Positions 1-11,683 are shown, numbered from the stretch's first letter. The stretch is 64,000 nucleotides of DNA from Pristiophorus japonicus (GCF_044704955.1 NC_091989.1:186930001-186994000); one strand, 5' to 3'. A program made the numbers and translations. Notes: a model not told the origin generated them from the letters alone.

Positions 1-463
1 TACCTTATGATGATAGATTGAGTAGACTGGGTCTTTACTCGTTGGAGTTCAGAAGGATGAGGGGTGATCTTATCGAAACATTTAAAATAATGAAAGGGAT
101 AGACAAGATAGAGGCAGAGAGGTTGTTTCCACTGGTCAGGGAGACTAGAACTAGGGGGCACAGCCTCAAAATACGGGGGAGCCAATTTAAAACCGAGTTG
201 AGAAGGATTTTCTTCTCCCAGAGGGTTGTGAATCTGTGGAATTCTCTGCCCAAGGAAGCAGTTGAGGCTAGCTCATTGAATGTATTCAAGTCACAGATAG
301 ATAGATTTTTAACCAATAAGGGAATTAAGGGTTATGGGGAGCGGGCGGGTAAGTGGAGCTGAGTCCACGGCCAGATCAGCCATGATCTTGTTGAATGGCG
401 GAGCAGGCTCGAGGGGCTAGATGGCCTACTCCTGTTCCTAATTCTTATGTTCTTATTTTCTTA
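1..463 (+). mobile_element. CR1 LINE 3' end (ORF2 C-terminus, 3' UTR and TTCTTATG-type tail), inserted into the integrase of the adjacent LTR element
   Basis: ORF 18-362 has the CR1 C-terminal motifs RRMRGDLIETFK, RTRGH and FFSQRVVNLWNSLP. The tail ttcttatgttcttattttcttat lies at ~443-463. Integrase-coding sequence resumes immediately after it. Confidence 0.92.
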
Positions 464-1913
464 TAAAAGGTTCCTATGGGACATATCAGGAGGGTAGAGG
501 GATCCTGGAAGTCGATCCAAATCGATTACATCGGGCCCCTACCCACTGCCCAGGGAGGTTACAAGTACTGCCTAGTATTAGTAGATGTATTCACCAAATG
601 GGTGGAAGCCTTCCCATGCCGAACAGCCACTGCCCTGGGAACAGCTAGGATCCTGGTCAGAGAAGTGTTCTCTCGATGGGGACTACCACAATATGTGGAG
701 TCCGACCAAGGGAGTCACTTCATCGGTGATGCAGGAGACCCTTAAGGTACTCGGCATCAAAGGGAAATGTCATGTCGCCCACAACCCACAGACATCCGGG
801 CCTGTGGAGCGATAAAACCATACTATCAAAAAAAGACTGCACAAAGAGACAGGGGACTCACCCAAAAGGTGAGTAGAGGTCCTACCACTGGTCCTCATGG
901 GGATCCGGGCCAGCCAGTCAAAGACCACGGGGTACTCCCCTTACGAGCTCATGACCAGCAGAGCCATGCGAACCCCCACCCATGTGTTAGCCCCGGAACT
1001 CACGGAAGGTCAGCTTAGGGAAGCAAACCGGGACAGCTTTGTCAGGAATCTGTTTGAACACCTTAAACAGATTCAGTGGCAGGCTGCTAACAACATGGGA
1101 ACACAGCATCTGAGCAACCGACTGCTGCTAGAACCCTGCACACACCATGAGTGGGAGATAGGGGACCGGGTTATGGTGAGGAACTACCCTAGAGTAGGGG
1201 TCTTTGAGGCACTGTACATGGGACCGTACCACATTGTCGACAAGGCAAGCCGCATGGTCTATGCCATAAAACTGCCCCGCCGAACAAAGTGGTTCCACAT
1301 AAATCAATGTAAACGTTTCAACCCCGGGGCAGCAGCTAAACGTAAGGGACAGCCAAAAACTGTAAACCCCCTGGGACCCCCATCCAACAGCCCCCGCTGT
1401 GGAAATCCCACAGGGGACGTGGCAGACTGTACCCAGACTGTACCCAGAGGGGCGATGGACTGTGTTACTGGAGGGGCTGTCCCCCCAATCATCTGGGACT
1501 CGGACACACCCCCAGCAGCTGGAGCCTTAAGAAGGACTCCCCGCACACCACGGCCAAAGACACCGTGGTCACCAGCGCTCCAATTTAAATGGTTCAGCCC
1601 CGGGAAAGGGACCAGCTGCAAAAGGGCACCTTAGGTCAGAGACCGGCCCATGAGCAGGGACACCCAGCCGGTAGCCTCGGACAACGAGGGACCCACAGAG
1701 GAGATAGTGGTGGACCAGACACCAAGTGAGAGTCCCCAGCCCGTGGCCCTCAACCAGGCAGAACCCCCAGGGGAAGAAAGGAACCAGGCAGCCACCCCCA
1801 GAGGAGCGATGTGCTGCAGCACCAGAGGGGACGTTCCCCCGATAGTGTGGGACTCAGACCCACGTCCGGTCAGGACACTCCGGGTCCTGCAGTACAGGCC
1901 GATCTATTACTGA
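464..1913 (+). pseudogene. Retroviral-type integrase (rve core, GPY/F module, long Pro-rich C-terminal extension); frameshifted
   Basis: Core reads WKSIQIDYIGPLP...VDVFTKWVEAFP...WGLPQYVESDQGSHF...HNPQTSGPVER...TGYSPYELM. GPY/F module reads GDRVMVR..GPYHIV..WFHINQCK. The pieces are spread over several frames. Confidence 0.9.
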
Positions 1914-2352
1914 CCTTGCTGGACACCCAGCGGGAGAAGAAGAAAGAGAGAAGGCAGGAATTAACCTGGCCTCCCGGAGACGGGTGACAGGTGTACATAT
2001 ATAGTACAATGTGAATTTAAGGATGTTTGGAGAATAAGTTTAGAATAGTGTAAGATTTATCTGTGTAATGATAAATATATATGTATTAGTTAACTGGGGT
2101 AAGGAAAAGAATCTACCTGTGCAGCTGTTAAAAGAAGCACAGGCCGGGTAACACCCGGGAGTAAGAAGAATCTACCGGTATGGCTATTAAGGAAGCACCG
2201 GTGAGATAACAAGCAGAACGACTGTGAGATAAAGTTAAAAGCAATCAGTCCATAAGGAACTGAATGAGACAGCAAGTCGATTAAAGACTATGAGCCCAAT
2301 TTAGAACTCGGTCACCTTTATCAAGCCAGAGAGCTTTCTCAGGGCTGGACAA

Positions 2353-2375
2353 TGTGTTTTATGTGCCCCTACAGG
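2353..2375 (+). promoter_or_regulatory. Putative env splice acceptor
   Basis: tgtgttttatgtgcccctacag|G lies 13 nt upstream of the signal-peptide ATG at 2388, as expected for a spliced retroviral env mRNA. Confidence 0.55.
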
Positions 2376-2387
2376 AGAGAGAGCAGC

Positions 2388-4751
2388 ATGAGAAGGGTCC
2401 TGTTCCTGCTCGCCCTGACAGGGATGAGCAGCAGCGACCGAGGAGAGGTGGAAGAATCCCCCATCTACGGGTGTTCAGGAGGGAGAGCACCGATTGTAAC
2501 CGCCGGGGGTGGCCCCCGAGACGTGGAAGAACTCACCGTTTACACCCACCAGGGAAGGTGGCCAGGGTGTCTGGGATCTAACTCTACCCTCTACTCCAGC
2601 CAGGAAGGGTTTACCTACGGGGAGGCCTCAGTTCCATTCCCCCGATACGGATCGTTGCTGCCCGAGTCAGTGTTACAGAGGGAAAGCGTGTGTTCGACTT
2701 GCAAAGGGAACATTGCCCTGGGAAGATGGTGGTGGCTCAGGAAACTCAGCAAGGACACATGGGACCAGGAATCGGACTGGGAAAGATTGGGTAATGATAC
2801 GTACCTCACCATCACGGGGACACAGGGAGGAGTAACAGTGTGTTGGGACAAAAGGTGGGAATCTGAACAAGGAATTTATGTTTGCATGTGGGATCAGAGA
2901 GTATTTGTCCCACAGGCATATCGATCGCCTTCGCCAGGCAATGGCAAGATGAAGGGGAAGGGATGGGGTGGGATTCTAGCCTACACGGTGCACGGTCCCA
3001 CACTCCCCACTCCCAATTAACACCACCCAACTAAGGGCACACATTAAGAAACCCCCGCCCACAACCCCGCCAATACACACAGTAATAGAAAGGTGTCCTA
3101 TCACCACCAAGGGACCTGGGAACGGATTAGTATTGGTACCGACCGAAAAGATGTTATCCTGGGGGTACATTATGCAGTAGCTTCAGTAATTTTAAACCTT
3201 ACCGAGGTACACCTGCCTGCATGGTGTCTGAAGGAAACAGAGCTGCTATACCAGGCCCTACTTAGAGGCATGTTCAAGAAATGTTATGAGTTAGACTTTG
3301 GAAATGTAGAGAAAGCAGACTTATACACCCTAAACACTAGGGACACCGTGGGCTCAGGGAGACCGAGAAGGGGAATCATAAACAACGTTTTCACTACCTA
3401 CAATACAGCATCCTCTGTAATAAATAGCCCAGATGACATAGAGCTGCAAACACAGATAAACAGTTTAAAGACCCAATTGAGAAAAATCCTGAAACAGGAG
3501 AACACCGTAGTAGGATCAGAACTACACGAGGACCAGGCTATGACTGTCCATTTAAAGGAAATAGTGGCTGAGCTGGAAAAACAAGCACAGACAGTGAATG
3601 CACTCATACGGGAGGATAGAAACTCTTCTGACCAGACTGTACAGAACGAGGTGTGCATACTGTATGGGGCATGGTTATTGGGCGAGGGCCGTAACAACCT
3701 GGAGGATTTAAAACAAGGTGTAGTCCCCTCTTGGATCAGGAACAAGCACCTCACAGCCCTCCACCCGTACAGCAATTCACTAAGCCCGTGCCAGCTCCGC
3801 CTAGCCTCTGAAGCCTACCCTGTCCCAGTAGACTGTGGGAAATCTAACCACACCATTATGGGGATAGTATTAAGGATGCTGGTCATGGGTGGGACAGCCC
3901 AACCCGCACCGGTATACTGGGTGGAGAACATTGGAGTTATTCAGGGAGGTGCACACATTCGTTTCACAGCGGTCCCACCCTATGTCATAAAGTGGGAGCA
4001 CGCTGTGACAGGTACTGACCTCTCTGGGAGCCAGAGCCGGGGTACACACGTAATACTGTGTCCCCAGTACTTGAGTACCCATTCAAAGTCACAGTGTGGG
4101 TTTAAAGCTGCTGGCACACAGCCTTTTAACTGTACCATGGAGGTAATGACACAATACCATGTCCCTCCACAGGTAGCACACATAGGGGCTGGGACATATT
4201 GTGTCACCACCAGTGCGCCCCACGACCAACATGGACACTTCTGGTGTCCGGTAAGTGACAGCAGTTTTTGCTTCAAACCTGAGGCATCAGTTCAAGTGGC
4301 CCAGGAACGGATCGTCCCCATTCCTGAACCCTCCACTGTCTACCTCACTGTGAAGGAAAACATCACAAACCTGCAGGATTATGTTGTACATTTTGTCTAT
4401 GCAATTCCCCCTCTACCCGAACATCTCATCGCTCTGCTAAAAGTTGTAATTATCTCACAAAAACACTTCTATACTCTAGAACAGAAAACCATTGAGATAG
4501 GGAGAAAGATTCTCGAGATCACAATTCCGCCTTGGTGGGACCTTTTCAGAAATATAGAGGTCCCAGTCTGGATCTGAATCGCTTCCCACACTTTAGTTAT
4601 TTGTCAACTCACGATTATACTTTACTTTTGTTGTCTCACTTGCCGAGTGAAACGCAGAGGCCGTCAGGTCAGGCACCAAAGGGTGCTGTACGCTCCTTGG
4701 CCGAACTTGGGAATCGTGCAGGGATGGGTGACACCATACTACCATGTTTAA
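2388..4751 (+). pseudogene. env: env-like glycoprotein gene: signal peptide, Ig-like domain, Pro/Thr linker, class I F-type fusion protein with furin site, TM and cytoplasmic tail; at least two frameshifts and one premature stop
   Basis: Signal MRRVLFLLALTGMSS; furin site RPRR|GIINNV; heptad region ELQTQINSLKTQLRKIL; Cys-rich block; W-rich membrane-proximal PPWWDLF. Reading through TGA 4575-4577 gives the TM IASHTLVICQLTIILYFCCLTC, basic RVKRRGR, and a tail ending at TAA 4749-4751. Confidence 0.82.
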
Positions 4752-5044
4752 TTTGTATTTGATTTTACCTGCTGTAAACCGCAACATCGCGAGTGTTGTA
4801 AGAGTGTTACTTAAATGTTTTGACTCTGTACTGAACTTAAAATGTGTTTGACTATGGACCTTTGTGCTATTTGAGAATGTGTTACTATGTGTTTTTATTT
4901 GTTTTACTTAGAACTGTGTTTGGCCATGTACCGTTATTCCACTGTGAAAATTAAGTAAAAGAGGAACATCATACCCCCTCTGTGCTACAACCGAACTGTA
5001 ACGACTGTATTCGCCTGTATATTGCATTGCATTTCAACGGGGGA

Positions 5045-6381
5045 TGCAGGGTAATGTTTAGCCAGTATAAATGCAGGGAAGGTTGACTCTCAGAAGCAGG
5101 AATTTTGCTGACCTTGATTGACACTCAAGAGTGTGGAGTGTCAACAGGGGCACTGAAGGAGGTGCAAAATTCACAAGAACCCCCCCCACCCTCTCCTCCC
5201 CAGTGTTTGGGCTCATTCGAAAGGAAATTTAATTTGGGATTTTCTACCGAAAAGTTTGGAACTCTAAAGTGCTTATGGAAGAAACTACGAACTTTAATAT
5301 AATTTTGGATTTTAAAAGACAGACTCAAGGCTGTGGGCGGACCCACGGAACGAGCAAGAGACAGTCGAATTAAGTGAAGCTACCTGGGTGTGAGGACTGG
5401 ATTAACCTGTCTGGAAGAATGAGTATTCGAAAATCCTTCCCCCACAAGAGATATTAACATCACAAAATCACCCAGAGGTAGCTACCCATCAACATGGGTC
5501 TGGACAACCATTTCAGCATATACATCACTTAAAGGCCCAATCCAGCCTGTATGTGAAAGACTAAGCACAAAAGGACATTGCAATTACCAAACTAATATTT
5601 TCATCAAGAAACAGTTTTCGAACATCAACCCACCAAAGACATATCAACTTTTAACGAGCCCGACAAAATATTATAAAGAGCCAAGCCCGCCAAAATTATA
5701 CAAAAGATTTTGAACAGATTTGGCGGCAAGATTAGAACCACTGAAATCGTATAACGGGCCCCTGTATCAACAGCGGTTGGGTGGTTGCTGGGTAGCTACC
5801 AGGCTGCTACTACCTCAGATGCCATCCTACACACCAGGTGCTATACTGAGAGTATGTCATCACGACAAGGAGAGAAACCAACGCAACAGTTGTAAACTAA
5901 CTTCTCCAGCCTCGAAGTCCTGAAGTCCTGAAGGAAGGAAGAACATCACCATCGCAGCAGCGACCGACCACAGACAACCTGGTATCAAGGGAAAAACAAC
6001 CGCGATCTACCGTTAGCTATCAAAAGGGTTGGTAAGCATAGTCCCTGCCTGCCCTGGAATCTAACCTAGCTACAATTAGGTATTGGGAAGTGGGAGGTAT
6101 AATTTACTGTGACCCCCTTTGAATGTGTAGTGTATGGTTCTTTATTAGAGTGATTGTAAGTTTGGCTGTGTATTTTCTTACGAGAGTAATAGGCCTGCAT
6201 TGCCCTGACTGTAATAAAAACAAATTTCTTTGCATCAAACCAGTGTCCTTTGCTCTTTTGTCACCCCCCCGACCAGAGTCTAGAACCCAAGGGAGGGGGA
6301 GCGATTTGAAACCGCTCAAGTTGGTCAGAAGTGAACCTGACCCCTTCATAGAGACCACAACCCCCCTTATAAGGGGGTACA
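5045..6381 (+). repeat. Putative 3' LTR (start uncertain: 5045 or 6108)
   Basis: AACGGGGGA (5036-5044) precedes TG at 5045. AATAAA is at 6213-6218 and the region ends TACA. Alternative start: TGTGACCCCCTT at 6108 is an imperfect inverted repeat of the end AAGGGGGTACA and is preceded by GGGAAGTGGGAGG. Confidence 0.55.
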
Positions 6382-6394
6382 TGGGAGCATCTCA

Positions 6395-7016
6395 ATTTTA
6401 CAGGGGGTCCCCAGGAGTGTGTCAGTATTTACAGGGGGTACCCAGGAGCGTGTCAGTATTTACAGGGGGTCCCCGGGAGTGTGTCAGTATTTACAGGGGG
6501 TCCCGGGGAGTGTGTCAGTATTTACAGGGGGTCCCCGAGGGTGTGTCAGAATATGCAGGAGGTCCCTGGGAGCGTGTCAGTATTTACAGGGGGTCCCCGG
6601 GAGTGTGTCAGTATTTACAGGGGGTCCCGGGGAGTGTGTCAGTATTTACAGGGGTCCCCGGGGAGTGTGTCAGTGTTTACAGTGGGTCCACGGGGAGTGT
6701 GTCAGTATTTACAGGAGTCCCCGGGGAGTGTGTCAGTATTTACAGGGGGTCCCCAGGAGTGAGTCAGTATTTACAGGGGGTCCCCGGGAGTGTGTCAGTA
6801 TTTACAGTTGGTCCACGGGGAGTGTGTCAGTATTTACAGGGGGTCTCCGGGGAGTGTGTCAGTATTTACAGGGGTCCCCGGGGAGTGTGTCAATATTTAC
6901 AGGGGTCCCTGGGTGTGTCTCAGTATTTACAGGGGTCCCCGGAGTGTGTCAGTATTTAAAGGGGGTCCCCGGGGAGTGTGTCAGTATTTACAGAGGGTCC
7001 CTGGGAGTGTGTGAGT
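6395..7016. repeat. ~31-bp minisatellite (GAGTGTGTCAGTATTTACAGGGGGTCCCCGG), ~20 copies
   Basis: Tandem units are directly visible. Confidence 0.95.
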
Positions 7017-7702
7017 GTGGGGATCCCCTACACTAAACTATTTGCAAAGCATTGTTCACATGTTGTCTGGTGTTATCCTGTGTGTGTGAGAGGCTAGCTT
7101 TTGCTGCTCGATCCAGGGGTACACATTGTTGGGGCGCGACAGATGTGGTTTTGATGTGATGTAAAACTCCTGTGGAGTCCCCTTGTGGAGTGAGGTGTTT
7201 GTGTTGTGACTGGGAGCAGCAAGGCGCTGGGCCCTCACCAGTCTGTGGTTATTCTCGGGATCAGCCAGTTATGTCAAACAGGGTTCCTCGCTCTGCTGCT
7301 AAAGATAAGACCCTGTGGTAAACAGCCGGATTTAAACACTCTGCAAATGCAGGAAATTATAACCAGAAAACGCTGCTGATTCCCGGCAGCTGCCACAGAT
7401 CACGCAGTGATACAGCACGGCAGGAGGCCATTCGGAAAAGCAATGTGCCTGTTGCCAACATTCTCTGTCTTTAAGCTGCGTGAGTTTAAGAACGGCTTGC
7501 TGGATCTTGTCTGTGCAGGGTGGGTGATATTGTGATCGATCTGTCTCCATTATCGAGCAGTACACACAGGAATACTTAGTCTCTTGGCAAGCACTGAACT
7601 GCTTTTGACCAGTCCATATTTAATGAAAAGGGGAAAATGCATGGAGCAGAATTGCCACATAATCCTCAACGTGACAGAGCAAGAGCTAAGCCGTGTATAG
7701 CT

Positions 7703-7990
7703 AGGGAATTTGAGTATAGGAGCAGGGAGGTTTTACTGCAGTTGTACAGGGCCATAGTGATGCCTCACCTGGAATATTGTGTTCAGTTTTGGTCTCTTAA
7801 TCTGAGGTAGGATGTTCTTGCTATTGAGGGATTGCAGCGAAGGTTCACCAGACTGAGTCCTGGGATGGCAGGACTGACATATGAGGAGAGACTGGATCAA
7901 CTGGGCCTTTATTCAGTGGAGTTTAGAAGGATGAGAGGGGATCTCACAGAAACGTACAAGATTCTGACGGGACTGGACAGGTTCGATGCA
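7703..7990 (+). mobile_element. CR1 ORF2 fragment
   Basis: Translates to QRRFTRL..GMAGLTYEERL..RRMRGDL. Confidence 0.88.
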
Positions 7991-7993
7991 TTG

Positions 7994-8282
7994 AAACATA
8001 GAAAACAGGTGCCGGAGTAGGCCATTCGGCCCTTCGAGCCTGCACCATCATTCAATAAGATCATGGCTGATCATTCCCTCAGTACCCCTTTCCTGCTTTC
8101 TCTCCATACCCCTTGATCCCTTTAGCCACAATGGCCATATCTAACTCCCTCTTGAATATATCCAATGAACTGGCATCAACAACTCTCTGCGGCAGGGAAT
8201 TCCACAGGTTAACAACTCTCTGAGTGAAGAAGTTTCTCTTCATCTCAGTCCTAAATGGCTTACCCCTTATCCTAAGACTGTG
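7994..8282 (-). mobile_element. CR1 3' end
   Basis: aaacatagaaa tail followed by aggccattcggcccttcgagcctgcacc; matches the CR1 end at 24814-25125. Confidence 0.9.
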
Positions 8283-10905
8283 ATCCTGGTCCGGGTACTG
8301 ATCCAGGTCCGGGTACTGATCCGGGTCCGGCTACTGATCCGGGTACTGATCCGGGTCCGGGTACTGATCCGGGTACTGATCCTGGTCCGGGTACTGATCC
8401 AGGTTCGGGTACTGATCCAGGTCCGGGTACTGATCCTTGTCCGGGTACTGATCCGGGTTCTGGTACTGATCCGGGTCCGGGTACTGATCCTTGTCCGGGT
8501 ACTAATCCAGGTCCGGGTACTGATCCGGGTTCTGGTACTGATCCGGGTCCGGGTACTGATCCTTGTCCGGGTACTGATCCGGGTCCGGGTACTGATCCGG
8601 GTTCTGGTACTGATCCGGGTACTGATCCTGGTCCGGGTACTGATCCAGGTCCGGGTACTGATCCTTGTCCGGGTACTCATCCTGGTCCGGGTATTCATCC
8701 TGGTCCGGGTACTCATCCTGGTCCGGGTCCTGATCCTGGTCCGGGTCCTGATCCTGGTCCAGGTCCTGATCCGGGTACGGGTACTGATCCGGGTCCGGGT
8801 ACTGATCCTGGTCCGGGTACTGATCCGGATCCAGGTGCTGATCCTGGTCCGGGTACTGATCTTGGTCCGGGTACTGATCCTGGTCCGCGTACTGATCCTG
8901 GTCCGCGTACTGATCCTGATCCGGGTACTGATCCGGGTCCTGATCCTTGTCCGGGTACTGATCCGGGTCCGGGTACTGATCCGGGTTCGGGTACTGATCC
9001 GGGTCCGGGTACTGATCCTGGTCCGGGTACTGATCCAGGTTCGGGTACTGATCCAGGTCCGGGTACTGATTCTGGTCCGGGTACTGATCCTTGTCCGGGT
9101 ACTGATCCGGGTTCTGGTACTGATCCGGGTCCGGGTACTGATCCTTGTCCGGGTACTAATCCAGGTCCGGGTACTGATCCGGGTTCTGGTACTGATCCGG
9201 GTCCGGGTACTGATCCTTGTCCGGGTACTGATCCGGGTCCGGGTACTGATCCGGGTTCTGGTACTGATCCGGGTACTGATCCTGGTCCGGGTACTGATCC
9301 AGGTCCGGGTACTGATCCTTGTCCGGGTACTCATCCTGGTCCGGGTACTCATCCTGGTCCGGGTACTCATCCTGGTCCGGGTCCTGATCCTGGTCCAGGT
9401 CCTGATCCGGGTACGGGTACTGATCCTGGTCCGGGTACTCATCCTGGTCCGGGTCCTGATCCTGATCCGGGTCCTGATCCTTGTCCGGGTACTGATCCGG
9501 GTCCGGGTACTGATCCGGGTTCGGGTACTGATCCGGGTCCGGGTACTGATCCGGGTCCGGGTACTGATCCGGGTCCGGTTACTGATGCCGGTCCGCGTAC
9601 TGATCCGGATCCGCGTACTGATCCGGGTCCTGGTCCGGGTACTGATTAAGTTCCGGGTACTGATCCGGGTCCAGGTACTGATCCGGGTCCAGGTACTGAT
9701 CCGGGTCCAGGTACTGATCCGGGTCCGAGTACTGATCCTGGTCCGGATACTGATCCGGGTCCAGGTACTGATCCGGGTCCAGGTACTGATCCTGGTCCAG
9801 GTACTGATCCGGGTCCAGGTACTGATCCGGGTCCAGGTACTGATCCGGGTCCGAGTACTGATCCTGGTCCGGGTACTGATCCGGGTCCAGATACTCATCC
9901 GGGTCCGGGTACTGGTCCTGGTACTGATCCGGGTCCAGGTACTGATCCTGGTCGGGTTACTGATCCGGGTCCAGGAACTGATCTTGGTCCGGGTACTGAT
10001 CCAGATCCAGGTACTGATCCAGGTCCAGGTACTGATCCGGGTCCGGGTACTGATCCGGGTCCAGGTACTTATCCTTGTCCGGTACTGATCCTGGTCCGGG
10101 TACTGATCCGGGTCCAGATACTCATCCGGGTCCGGGTACTGATCCGGGTCCGGGTACTGATCCGGGTCCGGGTACTGATCCGGGTCCAGGTACTGATCCT
10201 GGTACTGATCCGGGTTCAGGTACTGATCCTGGTCCGGGTACTGATCTGGGTCCAGATACTCATCCGGGTCCGGGTACTAATCCGGGTCCGGGTACTGATC
10301 CGGGTCCGGGTACTGATCTGAGTCCGGGTACTGATCCTGGTCCAGGTACTGCTCCGGGTCCAGGTACTGATCCGGGTCCGGGTACTGATCCGGGTCCAGG
10401 TACTTATCCTTGTCCGGTACTGATCCTGGTCCGGTACTGATCCTGGTCCGGGTACTGATCCGGGTCCAGATACTCATCCGGGTCCGTGTACTGATCCGGG
10501 TCCGTGTACTGATCCGGGTCCAGGTACTGATCCTGGTACTGATCCGGGTTCAGGTACTGATCCTGGTCCGGGTACTGATCCGGGTCCAGATACTCATCCG
10601 GGTCCGGGTACTGATCCGGGTCCGGGTACTGATCCTGGTCCGGGTACTGATCCTGGTCCGGGTACTGATCCTGGTCTGGGTACTGATCTGAGTCCGGGTA
10701 CTGATCCTGGTCCAGGTACTGATCCTGGTCCGGGTACTGATCTGAGTCCGGGTACTAATCCTGGTCCAGGTACTGCTCCGGGTCCGGGTACTAATCCTGG
10801 TCCAGGTACTGATCTGAGTCCGGGTACTGATCCGGTTCCAGGTACTGATCCGGGTCCGGGTACTGATCCTGGTCCGGGTACTGATCCGGGTCCGGGTATT
10901 GATCC
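8280..10905. repeat. 18-bp satellite (ACTGATCCGGGTCCGGGT, 6-bp sub-period), ~2.6 kb, with higher-order duplication
   Basis: Tandem units are visible. The variant order at ~8400-8790 recurs at ~9035-9420. Confidence 0.95.
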
Positions 10906-11014
10906 ACACTGGAGGCTGTGTGTGTGCAGTGACCCCTGACCCTCCCGGTGCGTCCTGTCTCCGGGTGAACCTGTTCCTGACCCAAGGGACGTTGCCCCTA
11001 TCCCCGGCCCAATG

Positions 11015-11683
11015 GTGGGGCCATCGACCAGCACCTCCCCGGTGGGGCCCATCGACCAGCACCTCCCCGGTGGGGCCATCGACCAGCACCTCCCCGGTGG
11101 GGCCCATCGACCAGCACCTCCCCAGTGGGGCCCACCCGACCAGCACCTCCCCGGTGGTGCCACCTGACCAGCACCTCCCCGGTGGGGCCACCTGACCAGC
11201 ACCTCCCCAGTGGGGCCCACCCGACCAGCACCTCCCCGGTGGTGCCACCTGACCAGCACCTCCCCGGTGGTGCCACCTGACCAGCACCTCCCCGGTGGGG
11301 CCCATCGACCAGCACCTCCCCGGTGGGGCCCACCTGACCAGCACCTCCCCAGTGGGGCCCACCCGACCAGCACCTCCCCGGTGGGGCCCACCCGACCAGC
11401 ACCTCCCCGGTGGGGCCCACCCGACCAGCACCTCCCCGGTGGGGCCCACCTGACCAGCACCTCCCCGGTGGGGCCCACCCGACCAGCACCTCCCCGGTGG
11501 GGCCCACCCGACCAGCACCTCCCCGGTGGGGCCCACCCGACCAGCACCTCCCCGGTGGGGCCCACCCGACCAGCACCTCCCCGGTGGGGCCCACCCGACC
11601 AGCACCTCCCCGGTGGGGCCCACCCGACCAGCACCTCCCCGGTGGGGCCCATCGACCAGCACCTCCCCGGTGGGGCCCATCGC
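11015..11683. repeat. 29-bp GC-rich minisatellite (CCGACCAGCACCTCCCCGGTGGGGCCCAC), ~23 copies
   Basis: Tandem units are visible. Confidence 0.95.

Larger units (their letters stand above)
464..6381 (+). mobile_element. 3' half of an env-bearing LTR retroelement / endogenous retrovirus-like provirus (lokiretrovirus-like candidate), decayed
   Basis: Order is integrase, then env-like gene, then a purine tract, then an LTR-like region containing AATAAA (6213-6218) and ending ...GGGGGTACA at 6381. Confidence 0.8.

Noticed and set aside
6123-7036. 278-aa ORF with a hydrophobic N-terminus
   Set aside because: Runs from LTR sequence into the 31-bp minisatellite; open in all frames.
7703-8282. Twin-priming inversion of one CR1
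   Set aside because: The tail abuts the forward fragment, which is the wrong geometry for twin priming; independent insertion or later rearrangement is more likely.
8267-10691. 543-602 aa ORFs on both strands (RISTRT / VRVLI repeats)
   Set aside because: An 18-bp unit with stop-free frames produces these automatically; no gene context.
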